DNA of 64,000 nucleotides from Octopus vulgaris (Eukaryota): NCBI GenBank assembly GCA_951406725.2, contig OX597831.1, positions 63,798,001 to 63,862,000 on the forward strand. The letters run 5' to 3'. Below, in pieces: positions 39,438 to 53,597 of the stretch (position 1 is its first letter; each line of letters begins with the position of its first letter). The position numbers were made by a program, and so were the translations under genes. The notes beneath the pieces were generated by a model. It saw nothing but the letters and a program-made list of their open reading frames with translations. It was not told the origin of the DNA and ran no database searches.

Positions 39438-41397
39438 CATTCACTGCGAATCTTTTAAGCTCAAGATGGTTTCTGTTTGTTAGTTCTATCACTCTCTTGC
39501 AGCATTGCTACAATAACATTCGTATCTATAAAATCTCTGAATCCGAGCCAAGGTTTTATCAGCTTTTCATTAAACCAAGCTATTGGAATTTTGCTCTCGG
39601 TCCCAGCTACTTGCCTAGTAGTCTATTTTTTGCTGCAGGATAGAAAGAACTTTTACGTTATTTAAAAAACAAATAATTTAAACTGAACACTTATGGAAGA
39701 TTCGGATAAAAGAAGGCGACAAAAGCGACGAAAGAAGTCCCGGAAAAAAGTATGAGAAAGAGAAGCTCAGAAAAGAGCACGACAGATTTGGACTTACTAA
39801 ATATACAACCGGATATTGCAAGTCGAACATGCAAAGAAGTTCTGTCACAGGAAAATTATTTATTTTGAATTACAGAAAGAAATCAAAGATTACCACCTAA
39901 GAAATCATTGCTTTATTATAGTATATTTGATGTTTGTACGACTTATTTCATATTCAACTATATTGCCATCATTTTGACGGGTACCATGATAGTATTAATA
40001 TAACTGATGTTGGTATTCGTAGTTTTTCATTAATTTGGGACATATTTCTGCATCGTGGTCGCCTCTTTACAACATTGTTAAATCGGATGTGATAAAGCAA
40101 TAAAAAAATGTTAAGGATAGATTTAAGCGATTTGTTCATGGCCATTGAAAAAATACTAATGCGGATTATGCTAATCCCATTGTTCCGTTTAATTCTCGGC
40201 ACAGTACCATTACGATGTAAATAGTAAATCTTTAGTAAAGGGACAGCAAGATTGGAAATGTAAGCCGTGTCTGTTTTTCGAGCTGGGCTGACCAGATCAG
40301 TAAATTAAATGATCTCTGATTCAGTTGTTACATGAAAGGTGACTCGCAATAAAACATTTATGACAATATTGATTGGTTATCGATTAGCTGGCTAAAATAA
40401 TTAGAATTCAAATAAACTATTTAGTCATTTGAGCTGCTTCTGAGTAGCATAAAATGACGCTTCTTATTTGATATATACATTGTGTTAGGCCATTACCAAA
40501 GCTTCATTAACTTTTTAAGCCACTTTACTTCATTAGTTAATATCGATTGAAAAGGGCTTTTTCTCTTTCTGTTAAGCATTAGTGGTTTCCAGTGCTGCCA
40601 TCTCCCATTCGTTTCTTTATTAATGACAAATGTTCTAAATAGTAATTGCTGCAGATATGTTTCGTCCTTAATAGGAAGCCATAGAATCTATTTTCTTTTC
40701 TTCTTTTATTTGACATCTATTTCAGAAGCAGTAAATATCCTTTAGCAATTTCAACTCATAGAAGACCAGCTTGTAACGAGTTCACAATATTTCAATATAT
40801 ATTAGACTAGTCTGCTGAATTCTATTGATGGCTGTCACTTCAGACTATCTCTTCTTATTACTGAACCAATTTTATCATATTCACATATATTTAGTCATTC
40901 AGTATTGCTGCAAATCATTATAAAAGTTTTTGTGCTGAATTTTCATTTTGTAATATGACAGTAGATATATCTGAAATGGCAAATATAAAGCTCCAAAAGA
41001 TAATTTTGAGAATAACTTTATTATCTATATTAAAATATTCCTAATATAATCACAATGACAAAAGCTAAAAACTTGGTATATTATATGTATCGGCAGTAAC
41101 TTGAGAACCTTTAACATTTTGATGGTTAGCGGTTACGAGCTTACTTTTCATGGTACAGTAGTATTCTTTTAAATCAAATATATTGGGAGAAAGTATAAAT
41201 ATAAAGCAACAATTCAAGAAAGAAATTAAAATGTTTTTTTATACGCTGCTATAACACTGGCAGCCTTAATAGAGAAGTAAATCACAGAAGGCAACGAAAC
41301 AATTTTCTAGTTAACAGAGGAATGGGGATCTGCTAGAAATAATAGTGAAATCTTCAACTTACATCCTGCCATCCTAAACATGATATTATTATTTTTT

Positions 41398-41693
41398 TTT
41401 GTTCCTTCTCGAGCCATGCCTGGCTCATAAGGGCCGGTTTCATTGGCGTATAGGTTCCCCACCTGGATGGGACGCCGGTCCGTCGCAGGTGAGCTGCAAG
41501 ATGCAGGAGGAAAGAGTGAGAGAAAGTTGTGGCGAAAGAGTCAGCAGAAGTTTCGCCATTACCTTCTGCCGGAGCCACGTGGAGCTTAGGTGTTTTCGCT
41601 CATAAACACACGCATCACCCGATCTGAGATTCGAACCTGCGATCCCTCGACCGCGAGTCCGCTGCTCTAACCATTAGGCCATGTGCCTCCACG
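41398..41693 (-). mobile_element. SINE family C (tail type 2)
   Basis: Reverse complement of the 28976 copy; flanking 10-bp repeat aaacatgata. Confidence 0.9.
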
Positions 41694-41821
41694 AAACATG
41701 ATACATGACACACGATTCTTTGTATACAAAACAATTGAACGGGCAAGCTTGGAAGTTTTGGTCATAAATCTGCTTGGTAATAGCTCTTGGGTGCTATTAC
41801 CATCAATTCTCGTCCAATATG

Positions 41822-42209
41822 CTCTTTACTCTTTTACTTGTTTCAGTCATTTGACTGCGGCCATGCTGCAGCACCGCCTTTAGTGGAGCAAATCGACCCC
41901 CAGGACTTATTCTTTGTAAGCCTGGTACTTATTCTGTCGGTTTCTTTCGCCGAACCGCTAAGTTACGGGGACGTAATCACACCAGCATTGGTTGTCAAAA
42001 ACACAGACACACAAACACAAACACACATATATATATACATATATACGACGGGCTTCTTTCAGTTTCCGTCTACCAAATCCATTCACAAGGCTTTGGTCGG
42101 CTCGAGGCAAAAGTAGAAGACACTTGCCCAAGGTGCCACGCAGTGGGACTGAATCCGGAACCATGTGGTTGGTTAGCAAGCTACTTACCACACAGCCACT
42201 CCTGCGTCT
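41822..42209 (-). mobile_element. SINE family B
   Basis: Near full-length reverse-complement copy. Confidence 0.88.
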
Positions 42210-42508
42210 TATTTATTTAATTTTCAAAAAGATTAAATGTCGTTGTTCTTCATACGACTATTTACTTCAATGATTACTTGAGTGTCAGCAGAGGAATGAG
42301 AACTTTTTTGTAAATAAACTTAACTATGATTACTAACCATAGTAAAAAAAAAACCAAATATTTACGTATGACATGTGACTTAGTTTTATTCAACAAGCCA
42401 TATGCCGACAGCGTTACAAGTAACACAAATAAGGAAATGTAAAACAATTAGATTAAAAATATATAGGTAAGTACATAGTTTCTCTGACAATGGTGTCCAT
42501 CATACTAC

Positions 42509-42775
42509 CGTCTCCTCAGTAGCAGGTGTCCGGAAGCAGCATAAGGTGGCGAGCTGGGAGAAGCGTTAGCACGCCGGGCGAAATGCTTAGCGGTATTTCG
42601 CCTGCCGTTACGTTCTGAGTTCAAATTCCGCCGAGGTCGACTTTGCCTTTCATCCTTTCGGGATCGATAAATTAAGTACCAGTTACGCACTGAGGTCGAT
42701 GTAACCGACTTAATCCGTGTATCTGTCCTTGTTTGTCTCCCCTGTGTTTAGCCCCTTGTTGGTAGTAAAGAAATA
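42509..42775 (+). mobile_element. SINE family A with an extra 34-nt 5' leader inside the TSD
   Basis: 17-bp TSD ggtgtccatcatactac at 42492-42508 and 42776-42792; the SINE head starts at ~42543. Confidence 0.88.
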
Positions 42776-43020
42776 GGTGTCCATCATACTACTGCAAAAT
42801 TGAACGCTTAACCTTTCTTTCCTTTGCGGATTTCAGTCAATGGATAGCAGCCTTGCTACGTACCACATTTAAACAGAAAACATGTTTAGTAAAAAAATAT
42901 CATGATTAGCGACAGAAGGAGTATTAAGTTTGTTGCCTCTTCGCGACATCAATGCCTGAGCGGTCACCGAAACTCAGAGTTTTATCTTGGCTACCGAATA
43001 ATGGTCACACAATATCTTAC

Positions 43021-43071
<51 letters not shown>

Positions 43072-43451
43072 CTATGTCAAATAACATTTCATAATGAAAT
43101 TGTATTACTGAAATTATGAATTTTTTTTTGTTTTTTTAGTATATTAAGTCCTGATGGAATAAGATAGAGATCTATTGTAGTATTCAATACTGATCACTGA
43201 TCACAAATATTTCATAGGCATTTGTTTATATTTGCTCATTGTGTATAATCACAACCTGAGGGCAAGCTAAAATATGTACGATAGATCTACTTTCTCTTCA
43301 CTACTTTTTCTCTCTCTATCTCTCTTATTCTCCCTCTCTTTCTCTCTCTCCCTGTGAATCTATATGTTTGCATATGTACACATGAAATATATATAGATGT
43401 TTCTGTGTGTAGATAACTGAATCTGTTAATTTATCAATGCCCCACACATAC

Positions 43452-43506
<55 letters not shown>

Positions 43507-43589
43507 GGTCCCGGGTTGATTCGGGGTTAACCACAGTAAATAAGGTACTCAATACATAGCAGAGTAAAATTAATTTATTATATAAAAGG

Positions 43590-43640
43590 AGCTTCTACAG
43601 GACTAGAACTGTTTCATTCAAGAGAAATCTTCAGGAAGCT
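43590..43640 (-). ncRNA. Type I hammerhead ribozyme (sense copy in the Penelope 3' terminal repeat)
   Basis: AGCUUC-CUGAAGA-UUUCUCUUGAAU-GAAA-CAG-UUCUAGUC-CUG-UA^-GAAGCU: 6-bp stem I, canonical core, stem III CAG/CUG, GUA cleavage triplet. Confidence 0.8.
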
Positions 43641-43869
43641 AGTTAACAAGAATTGTATTGGCATTTATACATTTAGGCAGGTTTAAAGGGGTGGTGGTGG
43701 GGGACTTTTTGGGGGTAGGCATAGCGCAAAAAAATCATACTTGGGGGAGTGGTCAAGGAGTCAGTGGTAAATTAGATAGAAGAATAAATAAAAGAATAAA
43801 AAAAGGGGAGAATAAAAAAATATATAGAAGAATAGAGTTTTAGGTAAATAAGGAAAATCTCACTTATAC

Positions 43870-43941
43870 CTATACACATATGTATACATATATACACACA
43901 CACACACACATATACATACTCACATACATACACACACACCC

Positions 43942-43972
<31 letters not shown>

Positions 43973-43993
43973 TACATATACATACATATATCT

Positions 43994-44024
<31 letters not shown>

Positions 44025-44224
44025 CATACACATATACATGCATATACATATACACACACACATGTATATATACACACACACACACGACCACACATACACA
44101 TATACACAAAAAAAATATATACATACACACACATACACATACACACATACACACACATATATCCACATACACACATGCACACACAACACACAAGTCCCTA
44201 TATACTCATATATACTTATACACA

Positions 44225-44282
<58 letters not shown>

Positions 44283-44730
44283 CATATGTGTACCTATTCA
44301 TACCTACACATACACACATATACACATACAAATACAAACCCATTCCCTAATTTTAATTTTATTATCTTCATTTATTACTTTTGTTATCTTTGACCGCTGG
44401 TCACAAGCATCTTGGCTACGACAACTAGTCCCTTTTATCTTTCTACTTGAGCACAAGCACTCACTCACGCACGCACACTCGTTAGCACGCACACTCACTC
44501 ATTCGTACACTCATACACATACACGCACGCACGCGATATATTCATACATACATACATCTACATACATACACGTATATACACATACGTACGCGTACCTACA
44601 GATTCATGTCTACAATCTTAGAAGACTAGTCTATACATATACACCAATAAATATATATATACACACATACATATACACCTACATACAAATACATACATAC
44701 ATATATATACACACACATATACATACACAT

Positions 44731-44773
<43 letters not shown>

Positions 44774-44912
44774 CATATCCACATACATACATACATACAT
44801 ACACCCATACATACATACATATATACACACATACACACACCCACACGTATACATATACATACATATACGCGCATGCATAGACATACAAATACATACACAT
44901 ACACATATACAT

Positions 44913-44965
<53 letters not shown>

Positions 44966-45323
44966 CATACACATACATACATACATATACATATATACAC
45001 ACACACATACATACACATACACATACACACATACACATACATGCGTACCCATACACACACACACACACATCCATATATACACATAAGTACACACATGCGT
45101 AAAAGTATACATATATCTATGCTTACACATACACACACACACACACGCCACTCCTTATGTTCATACTTACATGCATACTCAAAAAATAAGTAATAAAATA
45201 TATATACGTGCAGTTATTCATACATGCATACTCAAAAAATAAATAATAAATAATAAATAATAAATATTAAGTATATATACGTGCAGTTACCTATTATACA
45301 GACGGATACATACATATAAACTT

Positions 45324-45422
<99 letters not shown>

Positions 45423-45581
45423 TATGTACACATACTTACACATATGTACATATACATACACACATACATAACTCTACGTACCTACATATACCTAAACACA
45501 CGAGCGTACACGTATATGTACATATACACATACACATACCCACGCATATATACATACATACACATACATACACGCACATAT

Positions 45582-45636
<55 letters not shown>

Positions 45637-45661
45637 CATATACATACACACACATACACAT

Positions 45662-45708
<47 letters not shown>

Positions 45709-46044
45709 TATATACACACATACACATATATACATACACATACATATACATATACACACATACACACACACATACATATATACACACACACACACATACA
45801 TATAACTCTACATACCCACATATACATATATATATATATACACATACATATACATACATACACACACACACATACATATACACATATACACATGTATATA
45901 TACACACACATATATATACCCATCTACAATCTGTATATACACACACATACATGCACATACACATAACTCTACATACCTACATATACATCGACATACTCGC
46001 GTACACTCATATATATATATATATATATATACACATACACATAC

Positions 46045-46076
<32 letters not shown>

Positions 46077-46162
46077 ATATATATATATATATAAATAAAT
46101 ATATATATATACACACACACACATACACATATATACATATACACACACACACATACACATAC

Positions 46163-46232
<70 letters not shown>

Positions 46233-46521
46233 ACAATTGAGGGTAAAGTTAATTAGTTATTAATCAATTTCACCAAGTATTCAGTATGTAAGAGGACCAT
46301 TATTTTTTTGAGTAAACATTGTCTGAGAGAAAGTTTTCTTTAAGTAGTGGAAAAGGCTAAAAAACTTATTTGGCTGCTATTTCTAGAAAGTTCAGCATGT
46401 GGCAAAGTAACCTACCCCACTAAGCCCTAATTATATAATATTTTATATATACATACACATACATACACACATGCATATACACATACATATATACATATGC
46501 ATACACACATATATACATATA

Positions 46522-46553
<32 letters not shown>

Positions 46554-46620
46554 TACATATATATATATTTTTTTACATACATACACACACACACACACAT
46601 AATACATGCGTATATTCCTA
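43870..46620. repeat. Compound TA/CA/TACA microsatellite field with duplicated anchor motifs
   Basis: Directly visible; ataactctac recurs at ~45468, 45802 and 45963. Confidence 0.95.
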
Positions 46621-46760
46621 CTATACCCATACGTTTCTATACATATATACGATACACATATACAAGCGTGCACATACAATATGTGAAAGGTCTTAGGAGA
46701 AAAGGTAGTCGGGGGTGCTAGGGGAACGGTGGGATTGGGGGGTTTATGGGTGGGGTGTCA

Positions 46761-48570
46761 TCAATCTGGTTGCCGGGTAGGTCTATAGTTCTTGTAGTTT
46801 GCATAATTCTTATGCATGCAATTTGGGGAGTGTTCTGAGATCTTGTTAAGGAGAGGGCCTTTGGCGAACAAGATCTCTAGGCTCTCCGAAATGCAAAGGT
46901 CACAGCAGGTATGGCCTCCTGTGTACGAACGCGCCTTCTGTAGTAGTTTCCACTTGGTCTTGAAGGGGATGGAGTTCCTTTTAAGGTACCAGATGTGGGC
47001 GGCGAGGGTAGTTTGGTTGGATTTATCCGGTCGCCGGAACGAGTGTGTGTGTGCGTACCAACGGGTCTTAAAGCTGTTTGACGTCATTCCGATGTAGGAT
47101 TTTCTTTTATCGTCAGGGCCTGATCTTACCTCGCATGTATATACTAGGTCCCTCTGTAGGCAGTTGTTGTTGAGGGGGCAGGTGGTTTTATCAGGGCAGT
47201 TGCAATTGCTATCGGACGTTGGATGGGCCTCGGAAAAAGTAGATATGTTAAGTTTTTTCACATTGTTGTTGGCTAGGTTCCTGGCTAGATTGGGCGTGGT
47301 AGAGTAGGAGAGTCTAATAGTGTTCTTATTTAGGATAGTGTAGTACTTATGTTGGGTGGGGAAGTGTTTCTGTAGGAGAGTGAAGAAGATTTTAGCTACA
47401 GGTGTAGCGACCTCACGGTTGAAGGGGGGGTTGTACCAGCTAATGTGTCTTCGTCTATTTTTCCTGGGTTGGCGTGGGGCTATACTAGTATAGGTAATCT
47501 TATCTTTAAAGCCACTGCGGGCCAGGGCCTCGTTGTAATAGGGGGCTGCGGCCTTAAAGATATCTTCCGTGGCGGACAGGCTAGAAATTCTAATTGAGAC
47601 ACTTTTTACTAGGTTATCTAATATATTTTTGGGGTGGTTGGAATTAATATCTATATATCTAAGGGATTCATTTGGTTTGTGGTACGGGTAATAAAGTGAG
47701 GTTTTTAAGTCGAGGGTGACATCAAGGAAGTTAGCTTTGGTTAAGTTGGATTCTAAGGTAATCCTAAGGCCTAAGTTTTTAAAGAAGGTGTAAAGATTTT
47801 TCCGGAACCCATCCGTGGTCCTGGGGTTTATTTTGTGGAGGGCGAAAAGGCCGTCATCGCGGTAAAGACCACCGGAGAGGCCTGTGAATAGGGTTTTCAG
47901 CCTATGGAGGATGAAAAGGCCCACTAGATCACTTATTTCAGCCGAGTCGCTAGCACCCATGCTGACGTCGAAGGGGGTCACAGATTTTTTGTTGATCCAG
48001 TGGGATCCGTCGTGGAAAAGAAAAGTCTTACGTGCATGGAGGATCACATCTTGCTCGGCCTCGGTGATGGTGGAGGACCTCCTGGCGAAGTTAATCGCGT
48101 CGATCAGCAAGCTCTCCGATATAGAGGCGTAGTAATCCTCGATATCCAGTTGTAGGAATCGGGTGTTGCTTTTGTCAGGTAAATCCCGGAACCAGGTTAT
48201 TGCCTCGGAGGTCCTATTCCAGAGTGGAAGGGGTGAAGCTTCACGCATTTTTGGTAAAATCCTGTCCAGGATCTTCTTGCTGACGGATCCGATGTCAGAC
48301 TTGGTTGGGTTAATGAGTCGGACCGACGGTTTATTTTCGAAATGGTCTTTGTGGTCTTTCAGGGTGAAGTGTGGGGACTTCACCCTCAGGGGTTCAGTTC
48401 GGTCATCGATTTTAAGGGAGGTGGCAATCTCTTTCCCGGCTAAGTTGGTTTCAGTTAGCGCTGTGTCGTCTACTTTCTTGTACTTAGCTGTGATGGCGTT
48501 ATCAGCTAGTCTGTTGTAGGTATCCGGAGTCACCGCGTAAATATTTTTTGTCTTGTCCGAAGGGACATAA
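46761..48570 (-). CDS. Penelope-like reverse transcriptase + GIY-YIG endonuclease (uninterrupted, N-terminally truncated)
   Basis: About 600 stop-free codons containing SDKTKNIY, NPTKSDIG, LDIEDYYASI, FDVSMGASDSAE, GLYRDDG, NFLDVTLDL, YHKPN..SNHP, WYNPPF, CNC...CPL, LVY...YIG...FKTRW..H and CDLC...LLNK...CMH. Confidence 0.95.
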
Positions 48571-48612
48571 ACCTGCCTAAATGTATAAATGCCAATACAA
48601 TTCTTGTTAACT

Positions 48613-48663
48613 AGCTTCCTGAAGATTTCTCTTGAATGAAACAGTTCTAGTCCTGTAGAAGCT
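48613..48663 (+). ncRNA. Type I hammerhead ribozyme (inverted copy at the Penelope 5' junction)
   Basis: Identical motif on the plus strand; predicted cleavage after 48657. Confidence 0.8.
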
Positions 48664-48674
48664 CCTTCTATATA

Positions 48675-48745
<71 letters not shown>

Positions 48746-48748
<3 letters not shown>

Positions 48749-48935
48749 AGAATTTACGAAAAAACAAAAGACGAAGACAGGTGGTGTACAAAACAAACAG
48801 ATGTATTAGTATAACGCTCAGGAATAGAAAAAGTCTTTTACGTTTCGAGCCTACGCTCTTCTACAGAAAGGGACACAGAAAACAAGGAGAGAAACACGGA
48901 GAGAGAAAAAATGTGTGTAGTGGCTAACGATCTAT
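48746..48935 (-). mobile_element. Short (TA)n-anchored element with variant hammerhead (copy 3; motif 48835-48870)
   Basis: Shares the TA tract with the Penelope insertion; core intact. Confidence 0.8.
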
Positions 48936-49324
48936 ATATCACCATGGGTCATCACAATTGCTCAAGGTAAAAATGAATTCCTCGCTCTTTCGGGAACATC
49001 AATCTTCTGTATTGACTGCTTTCCACCACTTTGATCTGTCTTTTGTATTGAATACGTATCGCCACCGTGGGCCACTGCATTGAACACTTTGAACATATAG
49101 CATGAATGAACTTACTTCAAACTATATATGAACTTTAAGATGTCTGACTCCGTTGTGTATTATAAATGAATTTCTTGTGTTTGACGGCATGAGCTGTCTT
49201 TTTTTATATATAACTTTTTTTGATAAGGTTCATTTCAGGAACTGAAACATGTTATAATGTATATATAAAAATTAAAAATTGTATAATATAGCAGCATTTT
49301 CGAACTTCATTTTTTACAAATATA

Positions 49325-49462
<138 letters not shown>

Positions 49463-49550
49463 GCTACAGTTATGTGTGTATGCGTGCGTACGTACGTGTG
49501 TGTGAGTGTGTGTGTGCGTGCGTGTATAAACTATATTATTATCATTATTA

Positions 49551-49600
<50 letters not shown>

Positions 49601-51145
49601 TCATCCGCACCATACTTTCAAGTATGCTACATGAACGAATATCTGCACTTTCCAGCAGAAAAGAAGTTAAGATAATGATGAGCGTATGTTTAATATTTGT
49701 GCATACGTGCGTGGGCATGTGGTATTATGTGTGCACGAACCTATACGTTTACAAACATGCATTTACATATATATTAAAAACTGTGCAGAATTCTCCGATT
49801 TCACAGTTAGCAAACTGTCGTCCATTCAGAAATTTATGCAGATTATATTTAGTAAGATATTTTATACATTTCTGCAAACACGGGAAAATACAGCAGAAAA
49901 ACGACAGCTTATCGTAGCTGATATTATAATCACTGCAGAGAATACTGTAAGAAGCGCAACTGTGCTTACGTAAAAGATGCATTTCAATAAGAATATGTCA
50001 AACCACATGAAACTGCCAATATATTCTAAGTTTGCCAGTGGAATTAACTGAAATATTGCAAGAGATAGAATATTTGAAAGACCGGACCTCAAATTTTACA
50101 TTGGGTATTTAGAAAATTTATAGATAAGCTACTTTCTTGTGACAGAAATCGTATCATTTAGCACAGATGAATATAATTTAAAGAAATATTTCTATGAAGA
50201 TATTAACCATATGGTATTTATATATTAAGCCTGTCTTTGGAGCTTTCTATGAAATTCAAAATATTCAATTTTTTTTTATATTTTATTGTTCAAATCTTAC
50301 ATCTACTGTTGCCAATGTTTCCGAGACTGTATTGATATTTTAGCTGAACATCCAGAAGATCCATTGAGAATAGTAACGTCTATGGGAATGAGATATGAAT
50401 ATTGTAGAATATTTGGACAACATATCACATCTAATTCAGAAATAAACACTAGAAAGCATTATGAAATTAATTTCCTATAATCGGGAAATTGGCGGCTTGC
50501 CAGTAAAGATACATTCGTATTTCTCCATTGATACGAATGTAAATTGCTGTTTGAAATTTCGTAAAATACATTAGAAACCTGAACAGGATGACAGTTTGAT
50601 ATTTGTTTGATATTTACAGTCATTTATCTTGTCAATTTGAGCTCAGAATTTTGTTCAAAGTCACTAGGGATTTCGCCCCCATAAGACAAAATTAACGATG
50701 AATATTGAAATTACCCCGAGTGAGAAAAAGTAGAGAGTGGAGGATAGAAAAAAGTTAATTGTTTAAAGTGGTTAAATAGATGGATTCTCGATGAATATAT
50801 AATGAACTAGTACACTGAACTAACAAATTCACTGTATTACTAAATATACTTAAGAAAACATGGCGTTTATACAAAATTGTGCTAACCTTGAAAAGTGGTA
50901 AGATATTGTTGTAAAGATTTTACACAAATTTTTCTTTATTTCCCTGAGTCATTCTAAAGTCCTGTAAATATGTGAATGACAATACTTGGTTGACGAGGTC
51001 CAGTAAGACAGAAACATATCTGGAGTTATTCTTAGCAAAAATTAAACAACAAGAATTGTCATTAACATTAAAAATGTAATTTTAACTGATTAAAAAACCC
51101 AAATTCATTTTGGCTTACTACACGAAGCATGTTATCCATACTTGT

Positions 51146-51238
<93 letters not shown>

Positions 51239-52219
51239 CCTTTTAAGAAAAGATTGCTGTTGTTTTGTTGTAGTTGAACGCTGGTAGAGTCAACCAATGA
51301 TTGTATTTGTTTATCTATGGCTACACAGATATACGTTTTCCAATTGAGAAGACTCTACGAGAAATTTTGACTGCTATGTCTAGCAGGGGTAGCGCTTAGA
51401 GGCTTCCACTATGACTCATAAAGAAGGTTATTCAAAATATTTTAAAATGTAGCCCCAATTCTGGTTGTCTAAGAAATATCTGTTTATTTCGTATTCGAAT
51501 CACGTCCTCAGAATGCATTCTACACAATTGCAAAGCTAACAAACTTGATAATATCGGTGTTATTTTATTTCGGTGTTTAACTGAGGTAACTTCATATATA
51601 AGCTTGTAGTAGTTATTTAGAAATAGATAATGGCAGCATCAATAATCTTTTACCGGCGAGACTACTTCCAGACTTACACAATAACGCGCAGCTGATTTCA
51701 AATGCATATGAGAAAATATGGTTGGAAAGTAATAAAATAACTTACTGGAACCGTAGTTATGACTTATCCTGCCGACGTCGAATTGACAAAGTAGTGAAAT
51801 AAATCAAAGTGAAAAATGAGCAAAACTATCTTTTTAGAATAACAATCATGGCTCTATAGTACAATTACAATAAAATGTCCAAAAACGTATGAGAATCATA
51901 AATTTCATCCCTGGCTTGGTTCTTTAACATTTTTTCATCATCCTCTTAATTTAAGAGAATATTTTTTCTAATTTAGGTTAATAATAGTATCTTCACAGAA
52001 GAAAGACTCTTGTATTGTCTAAGTAACAAAGCAATAATCAGTCAAAGAATATCAGAGCAGGTGAGATCAATATTCTACTAAACTAAACTTACATTTCGAA
52101 GAGTATCTGCATAAAAAAAAAACAAAGACAAAATTTTAATTTCTGCTAATGGTAATGCACTTTTAGGTTTTCATATGTGAAAATATTTCTCTCTTCTTTG
52201 TTTATGCTACATGAAAATT

Positions 52220-52512
52220 CACCGTGATCACCAGGCTATCAGATGTTGCTACACACCGCTGGTCACAATGCGCGTTGCATTGTTTTAGTCATCAATTGAC
52301 GCCACCCCGCTGGCTAAGCGAGCAGAAGAAAGAGTGAGAGAAAGTTATGGCGAAAGAGTACAACAGGGATCGCCACCACCCCCTGCCGGAGCCTTGTGGG
52401 GCTTTAGGTGTTTTCGCTCAATAAACACTCACAACGCCCGGTCTGGGAATCGAAACCGCGATCCTACGACCGCGAATTCGCTGCCCTAACCACTGGGCCA
52501 TTGCGCCTCCAC
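52220..52512 (-). mobile_element. SINE family C (tail type 1)
   Basis: Reverse complement of the 4257 copy. Confidence 0.85.
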
Positions 52513-53284
52513 ACATGCAAATTACTCTTTATGATATAGATCGTTCTTTGTAGGATTGCTTCACTAGAAAATAACAGTCATGGAATTTTGCCCAGTCTGT
52601 TCAATAAGCAAGCATGGATTTCATGTTTATGTAAACTGATATAGTTTATTTTAATGAATGCGAGATAATCTGTCCCAGTTACTTATTGTGTAATTTTTGT
52701 CTGAAAAGAAAGTTTATGATGCTTTATGCAAGTATTTTTTTTTAGTTTCCATGATATATCAATTCATGAGTGTAACTTTTAGAAACTACTGATCTTGTCT
52801 GGCTCATAAATATCGGAACTCTTTAAGTAGCTTAGGATAAAAGAAATTTATGTACAAAAAATGTAATTATTTTACATTAAGGAAACAAATCATGTCTTTT
52901 TTACTAGTCAATTCATAAATTCATAATCTGAGGAATAAGTCACTGGTTTGCGTTAGCGATGTCACACACATTCGTAAAAACAAACGTAAACCAAATCATT
53001 GTATTACGCTTTGAGGTAAAGGATATGGGGTCTACGTTTCAAGCAAGAGCCTTTTCTCAAGATATAAGGGAAACAAAATACAAAGAAGTTAGTGGCAGAA
53101 ATTTTGCGAAATGGAAGTCGACATACATGATAAGGAAGAATGTAAATAGTGAATGAGTAACAAGCTGTGTAGCCCCAAAATAAATAGGGAATGGAGTGGT
53201 TGTATGTTTATATGAGCTCGTAAGTTAGAAGAAGTATGATAATGTGTCCGCGTGAATGGATAAGTAGAGGAAAGTTAAGAAGTG

Positions 53285-53597
53285 TTTGTTGTTGTTTGTT
53301 CTTTCTCGAGCCATGCCTGGCTCATAAGGGCCGGTTTCCCGGTTTCTTGGCGCATAGGCTCCCCACCTGGACGGGACGCTGCTCCGTCGCAGGTGAGCTG
53401 CAAAATGCAGGAGGAAAGAGTGAGAGAAAGTTGTGGCGAAAGAGGCAGCAGAAGTTTCACCATTACCTTCTGCCAGAGCCGCGTGGAGCTTAGGTGTTTC
53501 GCTCATAAACACACACATAGTCCGGTCTGAGATTCGAACCCCCGATCCCTCGACCGCGAGTCTGCTGCTCTAACCACTAGGCCATGTGCCTCCACAC
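53285..53597 (-). mobile_element. SINE family C (tail type 2)
   Basis: 14-bp TSD aaagttaagaagtg at 53271-53284 and 53598-53611. Confidence 0.92.

Larger units (their letters stand above)
43505..48680 (-). mobile_element. Penelope-like retroelement (Naiad-type), 5'-truncated, with an inverted partial terminal repeat, inserted in (TA)n
   Basis: 43579-43683 is a near-perfect reverse complement of ~48570-48680; (TA)n lies on both outer flanks; RT-EN ORF inside; ~2.9 kb microsatellite-rich region 3' of the ORF. Confidence 0.8.

Noticed and set aside
46443-46763. Tandem TGA TGA at the PLE ORF end with an open frame beyond (selenocysteine readthrough is reported in some Naiads)
   Set aside because: All conserved Cys are normal codons, the UGAs lie after the last conserved motif, the extension runs into microsatellite, and no SECIS was recognised.
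48571-48791. N-terminal ~73 aa of the 676-aa ORF
   Set aside because: It comes from the adjacent short element, the (TA)n tract and the inverted terminal repeat. The real PLE protein is truncated at about VYVPSDK.
50510-50541. 11-bp inverted repeat tacattcgtat / atacgaatgta
   Set aside because: Too short for a pre-miRNA and plausible by chance in AT-rich DNA.
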